Below are positions 41,304 to 53,827 of a stretch of DNA of 64,000 nucleotides, one piece after another (positions within the stretch are counted from its first letter, which is position 1; each line of letters begins with the position of its first letter). The stretch is taken from positions 62,001 to 126,000 of the forward strand of contig JAAOMT010000785.1 in assembly GCA_016748015.1 (NCBI GenBank), read 5' to 3'. The DNA is from Geosiphon pyriformis uo1 (lineage: Eukaryota; Fungi; Glomeromycota). The notes beneath the pieces were generated by a model. That model worked only from the letters and a program-made list of their open reading frames with translations, was not told the DNA's origin and ran no database searches. The position numbers were made by a program, and so were the translations under genes.

Positions 41304-43024
41304 GCAAAAATAATATAAAACCTTTTGTATTTATTAACTAAATAAGAAACCTTCCCAAGTTAAAAAAAAAATGGTTTTGGAAACAACGGCTGAACTAGCT
41401 TGAAAAAAACTTGCAATCTAGCCGAAATCAAATCAAAGAATGGGAGATGTTTATTTTTAATTATTCCGAAAATGGACATGAAAATTTAATTAATAATAAT
41501 CAGTTTTTGAATTCGGACGAAAAATTATGAAAAAACAAAATGAACTTTAGACTTTTATTTTGTATGAGCAAACAGAAAAACAAACAAAAAAACAAACAAA
41601 CAAATAAACAATATTATTTATTCGAATATTGTTATTAAAATTATGGTAAATACAATGTTATTTTCAATTTTTTAAAATTCCAAAGTAAATCTGGAGTATT
41701 GAAAATAAATCCACATTTGAATAAATAAGCATTTAGTGGATTAAACATGTTTGAAATCTAAGATTTACTTTTCTTTTTCGATTAATATTATTGAGATCAA
41801 ATTTTTATGTGTGGGGTTTTTTCAATAATCATTTAAGTAGAAGGCAAAAGTAATAAAGGTTAATATTATTTTGAATAAAAATTATTAAATAATCAATTTT
41901 TAATCTTGAAGGTTAGTAACTTTGAATGAATGAATAAATAAATAAATGATGAATAAATGATGAATGAATAAATGAATAAATGGCACATAATATTGAAAAA
42001 ATATAGTCAATCTGTCCAAAAAGCAAAGGTTTTTATAACCTTTTGGAATAATTTATTATAGAATTTAAAATGAAAAGATAAAAATTTAGTAATTCAGAAA
42101 TATAATCAAAGATTATTAGTTTTTAAAACACTTTTTAAATTATATGTGGTAATAATGTAAATTCATTGATAATTAAGTTGTGAATTTAATTAATAAACAA
42201 TAACGTTAAAAAAATTTCAAAATAACTATTTACTAAAAATTATTTAACGAACATTTTTAAAAATTTTTGAATAAATAATGTATTATGAAAATAAATTTTG
42301 AAAACAAAATATACTAAGCATTTGAATTCTAATAAAAAATTTTATAATATGATAAATATGAAAAAAAAAAATTTGAAATTTCTTTTAAAAAAATAACCTG
42401 TTTAACAAGAATTTTGCAATGGTAAAATTTTTTAATAATGATTGTTATTAAGTACATGTACTTAAAAAATGAGTTTCCTTTTAAAGCAAAAAAAAATTAA
42501 TTAGGAGAAATTTTTCATTCATACTTTTTTTTTCATTTATCAAATACATGTATTCTAATTTTTTTGATATCTATTTATAATAATTAAATCACAATAATCG
42601 ATTAAATAATAAAATCATATTTTATGCATTATCTTTTGAATATCGGAAAAAGTAAAAACAGGAAAAATGTAGTGAGAGACTACAGAAAATGTATATATAT
42701 ATGTATAGTTTCAAGTAAAAATGCTTATTCGATTTATTACTCTTTTTATAAACAAATATGTCGTAAAACATTAAATACTTTATGAATTAGATATTTTACA
42801 AAGCAATAATTCCAAGGGCGAAATCATTGTGTTCCCAATTTTGGCAAGATTAGGTGGCAAATTGTACATCCCCATTTTTGCTAAACCTTTTTAAAATGCA
42901 TTCTTTCAAGCATCTGCATATTTTAACTAGTAAAGGTTTTGTTACCCGTTACACTTTTGTAATACGCATTATTTACAAAAAGCAAAGAATATCATGAGAA
43001 CGATTTTTTTTTGAAAGGAATCAT

Positions 43025-43100
43025 ACGAACGAACGACGAACTAACGAACGAACGAACGAACGAACGAACGAACGAACGAACGAACGAACGAACAAACGAA
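43025..43100. repeat. (AACG)n tetranucleotide microsatellite about 100 bp upstream of the PLAC8 ATG
   Basis: Read directly from the sequence. Confidence 0.95.
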
Positions 43101-43194
43101 AGAAGAAACGAGATAAAAAAACATTTTTCAATTACGAACCAAAATTAATTTTCAAAAAAAATAATACTTCAAAATAAAGAAGCGATAGAATAAT

Positions 43195-44295
43195 ATGGAA
43201 AATCCAGATTCTACACCATCACCACCACCACCTTATTGGCAACCGCCACCAAAACAAGAAGCCGATTATCCTCCAAATCAAACTTATCCACAACAACAAG
43301 GAGGAACATATCCACAACAACAAGGAGGAGCATACCCACAACAACAAGGAGGAGCATACCCACAACAACAAGGAGGAGCATACCCACAACAACAAGGAGG
43401 AGCATACCCACAACAACAAGGAGGAACATACCCACAACAACAAGGAGGAACATACCCACAACAGCAAGGAGGAACATACCCACAACAGCAAGGAGGAACA
43501 TACCAAGGACAACCACAAATGGTATATGTAGCTCAACCTCAAATGCAATCACCTATCTTGTATCAAAATACAGGAGCATCACCACCACCTCAACAATTAA
43601 CTGGCCAGGGTGTGGTAAACCCAACTGTTTCGTTCGCTCCAAATGTTTCCTCTCAAGGTGGTCCACCACCGAAAGATTGGAAATATGGTTTATTCGATTG
43701 TTTCTCTGTTCCTGATATTTGTAAGTGGCATAATATTTAGGATCAAGGCTTGAATTAAACGGGAAAAGAAGGGAGGGGAGGGGGGTTCAAAGCATTATAT
43801 TAAGAAATTTTCCTTAATTTGAAATTTATTTTCAGGCTGCAAAGCATGTTGTTGTCCATGCTTCATTTATGTAAGTTCAAAATTTCTTGAGTATTGGAAA
43901 TGATTTTTATTTATGTCTAAATATTAAATATTTTTTAATTGTTTGAAAACCAGGGTGAAACAAAGTCAAAATCGGAAGGGGATCCCACTATAGCAACTAC
44001 AAATTGCCTAATATATTTATTAGCATGTTGTGTTGGGTTCCAGTGTTGTCTCGGAACACTTACCCGTGGAGATATTCGTCGGAAGAATAATATCAAGGTA
44101 AGCTCTTGAATGCATGATTTTTGTTTTTCGTTCGTTCTTTCAAAACTATATTTCATTCATTTAATCTAATCCCCCCTATTCATCTTCCTTTATTTGTCTT
44201 TAAAGGGAGGAGTGGGAGAAGACGCATTTATGCATTTCTGCTGTGAATGTTGCGCCTTAATCCAAGAGAATCGTGAATTTGATGATCAGGTTTAG
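43195..44295 (+). CDS. PLAC8-family Cys-rich protein with an N-terminal Q/G/Y/P repeat domain; exons 43195-43720, 43836-43870, 43954-44097, 44206-44295
   Basis: WKYGLFDCF, CCKACCCPCFIYG, RGDIRRKNNIKG and DAFMHFCCECCALIQENRE are PLAC8 hallmarks. Three GT-AG introns keep frame. Confidence 0.92.
43282..43497 (+). repeat. Nine 24-bp coding tandem repeats encoding (T/A)YPQQQGG
   Basis: Unit RCATAYCCACAACARCAAGGAGGA; first-residue order T,T,A,A,A,A,T,T,T. Confidence 0.97.
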
Positions 44296-44910
44296 AATTG
44301 AGAAAGTTCAAAAATTAATGGTTAATATATAACTGTATTAAAAAGAGAGTATAATTTTTAATTCACTCTAGCTTCTACTCTTAACCATGGTAAATCTTTT
44401 AAGATAATAGAGTTTAATAATTTTCTATGCGATAGTGAAATGATTTCCTTTAAAATAACCTAATAATGATACATCTTTAGAGTCAAAAAATCCAATTTAT
44501 AGGCTTTAATTGGTATTAATTAATTTATTCAAAGTAAAATATAATAAACCATGATTATCGAATACTTTTTATTTAAACGAATGAGATTTAATGAAAAATC
44601 TCTAAAGAAATAGTGAACATGGAACAAACAAAAATATTGAAAATTAAATAACCATTAGAATCAAGAATCGGAAAATTGTAATACTTCTGAAAACATTAAA
44701 AGATGCCTTTTAACATAAATCAAGAAATGTATTTTAACAGTCAAAAAATTACAAGAAAAGATATAAATTTAATCGAATAAAACAAAAGCCTTTAATAATA
44801 ATAATAATAAAAATTATCACATTTTTATAACTATTGAACCATTCTAAATAATAAAAAAATTAGATAATTAGCAAAATATTTTATATAAAAAAAATATTAA
44901 TAATATTCAA

Positions 44911-44944
<34 letters not shown>

Positions 44945-47689
44945 TATCGAGTGAAGTCAAATAATTAATTATCTCATTTTTTTTTTGGATAAAAGCTTCA
45001 AAATTACAAAGTTGTTTGGTTTTAACCTAAGATTAAAATAGGATTTTTTAATTAGTTTTTATTTTAATAATAATTGCAATTTTAAAAGTTATTTTATAAT
45101 TTTTGTAATTTTTGTGATTTTTTTGCATTATTTAGTATAGTTTTTGTAATATTAACTAGCATATTATAGTACATAATTAAAGTAAAATGTTCGATTCGCA
45201 TTTTTTAAGTATAATTAACCATCTGAATAAATTAAGACTACATTACACTACATTAAACATATTTAAGTACTATTTTCAAATTTAAAACATTACAGCATAT
45301 CAAATCTATAAAATTAAATAAATAAACAAACATGTTCAAATTTTATAAAATAATTGTTACCAAACTCAATTTCAAAAACATTCAAAATTTCTAAACATTT
45401 TCATTATTAGATATCTACACATTTACTTAAATTGAGCCATTTTTTTTTAGCAAGCCATATAACTTTATTACAGCATGCAATTTAGCTAAAAGCTTTTATA
45501 TTACTGTTTAATATTTGTTTGTTATTGCCACTACCAAATCTATTATCTTGTACTTAGCCAAACAAAATTTGAAAACATATTAAAAGATTTATTATACCAA
45601 ATTTTTGGCATCAAATATTAAACAAACAAAATTTGAAATTTCTATTTTAATTAATTTTGCTCTATTACTGATTTTTAAAACTATTCAAGTTTTTCAACTT
45701 TTTAAACTTGGCAAAAAAATTTTTAGCTGCATTATTTGTTTTATTTAAAATTTTAATTGATTAAACAAAAAATGATCCAATTTTCTATATTAATATAATC
45801 TTTATTAGAATAAGTATTTTTATACGACTTTTTATATTATGTCACAAACAATTATTTAAAAAATTTTTATAAATAATTAACCCAATTATTTTAAAAATTT
45901 GAAAAAATCTCAACTATCGACTTTTCAATAATAAATATAATTACATTGCAGTAAAACTCAATTTTTCTGCAAGAATTCTTAATTGTAAACTCGTTCAAAT
46001 AATAAAAGAAAAAAATTTATAAGTTAAAGTAAATTTGTTTAATTCATTAATTGCAAATAGAAATATTTCTTAGGCCTAAGATAAATTAATATTTTTTATT
46101 GAAATTTGTAAATAGTAAATTTCAAAGTATTAGTTTAGCAATTGTAAATTTCAAAGAAATAATTAAAATAATTTGAGTTTTTAAATAAAAATTTTATTAA
46201 ATTAATTTGTATTGTAATTAATTATATTTGTTATATATTTATTATAAAATATATTTTCTTGAAGTAAAAAGCTTTTCTTATATAATCTTTTTCTAATATT
46301 ATCTTGCTAATATTTAACAAATTTTGAGAACTAAATATCCTTTTTGGCAAATTACAAACTATTTTGGTAAACTATTAAATATTTTAGTAAATATTTCAAT
46401 GTAAAATATATTAGCTAATCTAATTATTGCCTTTAGTTATATTTGTGTATTATACAAATTAGATTATTAATTAAATAATAAGTGATAAATGTATAATAAT
46501 ATTATATTTTAATTAACGATAAGAATTATTTGGATAATTTCATTCTAATTTTTAACTTAATTTCGACTGGTAATAGTATACAATATTTATAATCTTTGTT
46601 ATTTATTAGCATATTACTTTAATTTACATAATATTCTTATAATTATACAATTAGCATAAAAAACAAGATAATTTACTTTATATAATATTTTTAAGTAAAT
46701 AGCAATGTAATTAATTAAGGTTAAATATTTGTGCTTATATGTAAGTTAAGTTTAGTTTAAATTAATTTAAATAGCTATTTGTATATATTAAAGCATTTTT
46801 TACTTTATTTTAAACATATATTAGATTAAACCTTTTGAAATAAATGAAATATATCAAATCACATTTAATACTATTTAGATGTAAAAGTTCTAGAATCAAA
46901 TCAATTCGAAATAAATTTAGCAAAACCTATATTAATGAGAAGTTTCTTAAGAAATAATGAGCCTTTCGATTATTAGAAAAGATAAATTTTAACAAATATT
47001 TTGATATCACAAATAACATGATTGTGATGTTAGTGAGTTTATGTTATTTGATAAGCAAAAAGGGATTTGTTTAAAATTCATAAATAAAAATATTTAATGA
47101 CTGAAATTAAATTTAAAAATTTATTTGGCGAATAGAAAAGTCTTTTCACAATATTTTTACTAGGTTGTGAAAAACCATCCCAACAACCAATTCTTCTGTT
47201 AAAGAAGCTTTAATAAACTGCTAAACAAGAAACAAATAAACATCAGATGTCGAAATTGGCATAAAGAAACGATAATTTATAAACTATAGTGAGTGCTCAA
47301 GATAATTGAGATTTTCTCATTTCAGGCTTTGAAATAAAAATTTTAGTTTATAAAAGAAACAGAATATTTTTTAAATGTCATCTTTATTGCAATTTTTTGG
47401 TAATTTATTCCCGGTAAAATGGGGATTCAAAAGAAACAAAAAGCTTCTTTTTTACTTCCTATTATTAATGATAATTATATTGAAATTGTTATCCTATAAT
47501 CCTTCTAACTTAATTCCTTTTCCCCTTTTAAAGATAAATAACTCCAATGATAAAATTTTAAATTTTGGCTTGTTAACTCATAATTTAATAACTACAAAAT
47601 CAGACCTTTCAAAACGTGCATTAAGTTGATTTATTGATTAACTTATAAAGATTTTGATTATGATCGATTAAAATTAAACAATTTTTTAT

Positions 47690-48545
47690 AATTTAAGCAT
47701 TCAAAAAATGAGAATGCAATTTTCGGTTAATCAAAGTCAAAAGACCATTCGTTATCATCAAAACATATGTTTGGAATTATTCCATATGTAGACCCAATTC
47801 GCTTGGACGATCCAACATTTAGGCATAACTGAGCCTCCGATATTTATTCGTTGGGTGTTTTGCTATGGGAAATAGCGAGCGGTCATCCTCCTTTTCAGGA
47901 TCGTGTAAATGATTTAACTTTAGCAGTTGAAATTATAAATGTGAAGAGGGAAAATTGCGCAGAAATTTCTGGAGGAAAATGGGGAAGGCCTTCCCATTCT
48001 TTGAATATTGCATATATTCAGATTTATAAAAAATGTTGGCCAGGCAAAATCGATGGTAGACTTAATTTTAAAAACTTGTTTCAGTATAGTTAAAGATTGA
48101 ATTGCTTCGTATCGTATTAGAACGTCCAGCAATTATTGATATTCAAAAACAATTTGACGAGATTTCTGTAAAATGGTATCGGCCTGCTGCTGAACAAGGT
48201 CATGCAATTGCGCAATTTAATCTGAGTGTTATGTATAGAAATGGGCGGGGAGTTGAGCAATCAGATGAAGAAGTTGTGAAGTGGTATTGGGCCGCTGCTG
48301 AATAAGGTCATGCAATTGCACAATTTAATTTGGGTGTTACGTATAAAAAGGAACGAGGAGTTGAGCAATCGAATGAGGAAGCTGTGAACAAGGTCATGGA
48401 TTTGCTCAATTCCCGTCTGGGTCATGTGTATAAAGATGGGTGAGGGGTTGATTGGTCGAATGAGGAAGCCGTAAAGGGTATCTGGCTGCTGTTATGGTCA
48501 TGCGGAGGTGGACTGTTATGTATACGGATGGCTAAGGAGTGAAGA
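47690..48545 (+). pseudogene. Second TKL kinase + Sel1 repeat pseudogene, paralog of 3604-5400
   Basis: MFGIIPYVDPIRLDDPTFRHN*ASDIYSLGVLLWEIASGHPPF...IYKKCW, ERPAI, then Sel1 units (WYRPAAEQGHAIAQFNLSVMYRNGRGVEQSDEE) with stops at AE*GHA and DG*GV. Confidence 0.85.
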
Positions 48546-49996
48546 AATTACATGATTTATAGCACTTCGCCGGAAATAAATTTGAATAAAACTGAAAATT
48601 TGAAAAAAATATTATAATTACATTTAACCGACAATTTAACTTCAAAATTACAAAAATGAATTTTTAAGATAAATACCAAATTGTCATTGTGAAATTATTC
48701 AATATGAATTTTTTTATTTGCTTTATAAAAAATACTGCTTATCAAATAAATATTGAAATTGTGGATACATGTATTAAGATACACTTTAACAATAACTTTT
48801 TAAAATTTTTTAAATTTAATTATAAAATAATACTCAAGAAATATTTAATCAATTTGATTAATAATAATATTTATAATATTTATGTTGAAAATTGCAAAAA
48901 CTTGTTTAATCTTTTAATACAATTAGAAAAATAGTTATAGGCTTATTTATTTTTTTTATAGAAAATAAATAAAATAATATTTTATATTAAAATTTGAATA
49001 AAAAAACAGTCAAGAAAAAAATAAAAAGTTCAAAAATAAGTATGTGAGATCTTTTTTTTTAAAATTACTTTCAATTTTAAAAACTTGAAAGAATTTTAAG
49101 AGTTAAAAAATAACAAAAATTATTTTCTATAATATATATATTAGTAAATTTCATACTTTTTGAAAAAAAACACAAAAAAATATTATTAAAATTTTTTTTA
49201 GTAGTTTGCATATGTTTTTAGGTTGAAATTATTAAAATTTTGCCACATTTGATTGTTAATTATTGATTTTCAATTTTAAACGTTTGTTCATTTTGCTAGA
49301 ATATTTCGGGATTATAGTCAGTTAAGAATAGTTTAATCAAGTTCTTGGCAAAGAACTTTATTAAAATTACAAGATTTAAGTACAAATTTGACTTTCTATA
49401 TAATTAAAGAGAAATCTTGAAATTAATTTTTATTATTTCACTTTCTTTATGAGGGTTTTTACAAGAAAATAAGATATTATTATTATTATTTTTATTATTA
49501 TTATTATATTATTATTATTATTATTATTTTTATTTTTGTTAACATAATACTAAGATAAAAATATAATTTTAAAACGCAAATCTAAAACATTTTGAGCAAT
49601 AACACAAAACGTCTGTTTCTGTGCACTTTAGATCACCATATTATCAGTAAAGGATAAATCGATTTGTATCACTTCGTTTTTTGCCACAAAAATTGCGTGA
49701 TGACAATGTGGAATTAAAATAAAAAACGTACTAGATTTTTGTAAAACTTTATTATTAGAACAGAACTATTTAAATTCTGTTTTTTTTAGTTTTTTTTTAA
49801 AAAAAAAAAGGTTTCCTTTGATTATAATGAATCTGTTCAACTCAGTTATGAAATTTCAATGAAACTCTCAAAATTCTTTTCAATCTTCTTAACGACCACT
49901 TTTTCTTAAATATATTATAAAGTTTAACCACATTAAAGTTTAAACATCCATTCTATATTTGAAACGCAACTTTTGAGGAATGCTTAATTTCTTTAA

Positions 49997-51205
49997 ATGG
50001 CTACAATTCACAATTCATATAAGGCTTCCTATCACAATATATTAGGAAATCTTTTAGGTGCAGCATTAGTAGGAGCTGCGTTAGCTTTGACAACTCATTC
50101 GTACCTTCGATTACGCATACTAAGAACGAACGGTTATAGGACTTTAAGTTTAAATATTCTCAACATAGCAACAATATTCAATGAATTCATCATCATCCTT
50201 TTTATTTATGCCAATGAAGTTCTTATTTCCCCTTTTTCAATACCATGGTTAAATTTCTTAATCAATTTATTATCACTAGTTTCAAAACCTACAATGATTT
50301 ATTTGAGTTATTATCGTGCTTCTTTAGTTAATCAACATTTTCATAATCATCGTTTTCTTCATTATTCTTTTCTTTTTGTTCGAACCCTTGCAATCATCAT
50401 TTTAATAATAGTAAATTCAATAACAGATTTCACCTGTAATGATATAACTATATCTCCAAGGTGTCATACCATTTCTATAATTCGAAAATTTGAAGATTTA
50501 TTATCTCCACTTTGGAGATTTTATTATATTATAGCTGAAGCAATTTTTTTTTATAATTTATTGAGATGGCTCCAGCATATTAATAGTGAAAAACGTGATA
50601 CCAAAATTATTCGTTATATTCGTTTTCAAGCTTTTTTATTCTTTTTTGATATTGTACAATTGAATGGGATGAGTATTTATCGATTTTTTTCACTTTTGAA
50701 AGAAGCAGAACCTATATACATTTATTTAGAATGCTTTAGTCATGGGTTCACTGTTTATAATATCACTCAATTTGGTATTTCGATACCAAGTGTTTTTAGA
50801 GAAAATCCTAATGATGGTATAATAGCTCCGACATCCTTTGAAGAAGAGAAATATCAATATTTAGCACCTGTAGAAAACTTTTTAGCTGGTAGTTTCAAGA
50901 TATTTACTGTTGAAGAGAAAGTTAATGAGGATCCGCAATATAATTACAACCATTCCATTGGAAATACAAGCACAACAACGCCAAAAGATTCACGTCAATC
51001 AAGTTTAAAGTCGGATTCTGAAAACCAAACTAAATCAAACACTTATTCAGATTCCGAGTCATCAACTTGTCATAGATTTTATCTTGATCGAAACTCAGTT
51101 TGGTCGACTTCTTCTGATTCCCCGATTTTACAACCACCGCCGATGATTTATTTAAGAAATGATGAGAATGAAGTCAATTTTGACACTAAATATGACAATG
51201 ATTGA
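49997..51205 (+). CDS. Intronless 7-TM (GPCR-like) membrane protein with Ser/Thr-rich C-terminal tail
   Basis: 402 aa ORF with about seven hydrophobic segments in residues 14-262, a Cys pair in the TM4-TM5 loop and a polar tail. Family not recognised. Confidence 0.7.
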   Translation: MATIHNSYKASYHNILGNLLGAALVGAALALTTHSYLRLRILRTNGYRTLSLNILNIATIFNEFIIILFIYANEVLISPFSIPWLNFLINLLSLVSKPTMIYLSYYRASLVNQHFHNHRFLHYSFLFVRTLAIIILIIVNSITDFTCNDITISPRCHTISIIRKFEDLLSPLWRFYYIIAEAIFFYNLLRWLQHINSEKRDTKIIRYIRFQAFLFFFDIVQLNGMSIYRFFSLLKEAEPIYIYLECFSHGFTVYNITQFGISIPSVFRENPNDGIIAPTSFEEEKYQYLAPVENFLAGSFKIFTVEEKVNEDPQYNYNHSIGNTSTTTPKDSRQSSLKSDSENQTKSNTYSDSESSTCHRFYLDRNSVWSTSSDSPILQPPPMIYLRNDENEVNFDTKYDND

Positions 51206-51501
51206 TAATACTTTAGCTGGAAGATTCTCAGCGAATTAACGATAACAACAACAACCTGTAAAATCTACAAAAATATATTCCTTGTCAAATTTTAAATTGT
51301 ATATTGTAAATTAAATTTTATCTACTATAAAAATAAATAAAATGTAAATATTAATATATATATAATAAAATTAATTATAGCGAAAATATTCTGAGAAGAT
51401 TTATATATTAACTGGTTTTATAAAAACTATTTCCAAAAATTTCAGTTATCTCAAATTCATAATTTTAATCTTTATTATTATTATTTATTTATTATTATTA
51501 T

Positions 51502-51533
<32 letters not shown>

Positions 51534-52102
51534 AATTACAAAGCTTTTTTTCAAAAAGGAATGATAATTCAAATGCAAGAATAAATATTTTATCCTTTGA
51601 TACATTTAAAATTCAAAAGGATTATTAACAAATTGTATTTCATATAATTTTAGACATATTCATTTTTCAAATACTCATATTCTGAGATGAATTTAATGGC
51701 TATATTTTAAAATATTTATGACGGAAGAATTGAATAATGAAATGTTTTATGCTAAATTGATTTGCAAAAATGAAATTTAGTTAATTTGAATTTAAAGAAA
51801 TGAGCTCAGAATTATTGGATTTATTTTTTGTCAATGATAGTCTATAATCTTTTGATTTGAGAATATAAAAATTCTTTGATTCAATTCGCACTTAATTTTT
51901 AAAATTTTAACGATTTGAAATAAATAAGTGGTTATTTTTTAAAAACAAAATTTATAAATTTATAAATTATCGTAGTATATTTTGTTGAATATTGTTCTTG
52001 AAAAAGATTATTTTTATTATGGCGAAATATAAAGGCAATCTTTTAAATTTTGGCATGCTATACGGAATTTTCTTTGATGTACCTGTACAACTCCATCAAT
52101 AA

Positions 52103-52170
52103 AATATGTACTTAAGTGGCTAAGGAGTAGAAGGATCGGAAGGAAGCTGATATAGTATTGGTTTGCTAAA
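52103..52170 (+). pseudogene. Isolated Sel1-repeat remnant
   Basis: AAT ATG TAC TTA AGT GGC TAA GGA GTA GAA reads NMYLSG*GVE, matching the Sel1 consensus MY..GQGVE with Q changed to stop. Confidence 0.4.
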
Positions 52171-53711
52171 AGAATGTGACGATAAAATCTTGCTTTTGAT
52201 TTGTAATAATGGCTGAGGAAAAACTCTATTTTAAAGATCGTGATTTATATATATATCGTTTAAGCTGTGAAATAAATTTAATAAAAATAAATATTTCTAC
52301 AACATAAACCGTTTCAATCGTCCATTTTCGGAAGTGCTATTTCTTCCGAAGAATTTCGACTACTTATGATGCGCTGAAAACAAAATAAGTTAGTTTTCCC
52401 TTCACATAAACGTCACCCTAGACAAAGACTTTTCTACCGATTGTACCATTGTACCATATAACGTCTTAAACCATCCATTCAAAATTTATATTCAATTTAA
52501 ACAAAAATTGTTTCTAAAAGCTGGTTATAGCTCCGAAATTGTGTGTGAAACGGTATCACTTAAATCTATTTACTGCTTTTTGAAAGGTATAGGGCTAGCT
52601 GAAAAGTCATTAATATCCTTGAATTTTATGATAAATAAAAATAAACAATTCAATCAGGGGGTCTTAAATAAAACTATATTTGACTATATTAACGATATTT
52701 TGGTTTCTTTTATGGCTTTATTTGTAAACAATTATTTAGCTAAAGACCATAAGAAAGTTAGCAAATATTTCATAATGTGATCATTAATATAATGAAAAAC
52801 ATAATCATATAGTAGAAAGTAATAATAATATAAATGAAAAATACAAATATTTTGGTAAATAATTTTAATAAAGCAATAGAAAACCACTATAATTAACAAT
52901 ATTAAATAAAATGTTTTCTTGGAATAAAAAATATTTCATAAATTTTGTTATTTAAATTAATTTAAAATATCTGCTTAAAATTATTATATTGAATTTATAT
53001 TTTATGATACTAAAATATCATTATTATTGCTATTTTTTTTAAAAACAATATTTTATATCATTAATTAATTTATTAAATCATTTATTAACTGATTTAATTT
53101 ACAAATATTATTTTTATATTAAATTGATGCAGATTTATTTATGATAATTTGCATTTAAATAAACCCATCAAAATTGACAGGCTTTTTAAGAAAAAGATAT
53201 TTTCTTATAGTTATCAATATGTTGATAATTTGATTTAAAAATAAATATAATATGACTAATACTATAATATAATTTTTTTTGTAGTGCCCTTAAAAGTGTA
53301 GTCCAACCAACGACTATTATCTTACGATCCAATTGTCACATTGGATGTGAATCTGAGTATATTGGCTCAATTGCTAAAATTTGACAATATCTTCTAGTTT
53401 TTAGTGCGTATGTTAATATTTTTTTATCAATAACCAAAAATAGAAAAAAAGATTACACCTCAAAGGTTTAAATAATATTGCTATAAAATCTATCTACCTC
53501 ATTCTTTTATATTACGTTTTGCTTTAATCTAATTTACTTTCTCAATATCATAATTGCAATTTGCCTATTTTGTAAAGTTTTTCAAAAAATAAGAATCTGT
53601 GCCGTATTTAATACCTTTTACACACGTTGTAGTCACGAGACTCTTCAAAAAACTTGTTTAAATGGGTGTTTCTCATCACATTTATGAGACTCGGTTAGTT
53701 CTTTTGATGTA

Positions 53712-53827
53712 AAGACTAATAAACCCTATTATGCCTCTTGTGCAATCAAAGAAAACTTAATAGCTTTCTTACTCAAATTCAGAATACCAAATATTATCAC
53801 AATACTCTACAAAGTTTATCTGTAATA
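53712..53827 (+). repeat. 5' LTR (alignable part; LTR may start at TGT 53628)
   Basis: Ungapped 116-nt match to 62581-62696. Ends TGTAATA (probably TGTAACA originally), directly before the PBS-like TTTGGTG. Confidence 0.8.

Noticed and set aside
42448-42465. 18-bp palindrome TTAAGTACATGTACTTAA
   Set aside because: Isolated and AT-rich, with no supporting context.
43211-43715. Overlapping alternative-frame and antisense repeat ORFs; CRISPR-like periodicity
   Set aside because: These are shadows of the stop-free 24-bp coding repeat. There are no unique spacers and the context is eukaryotic.
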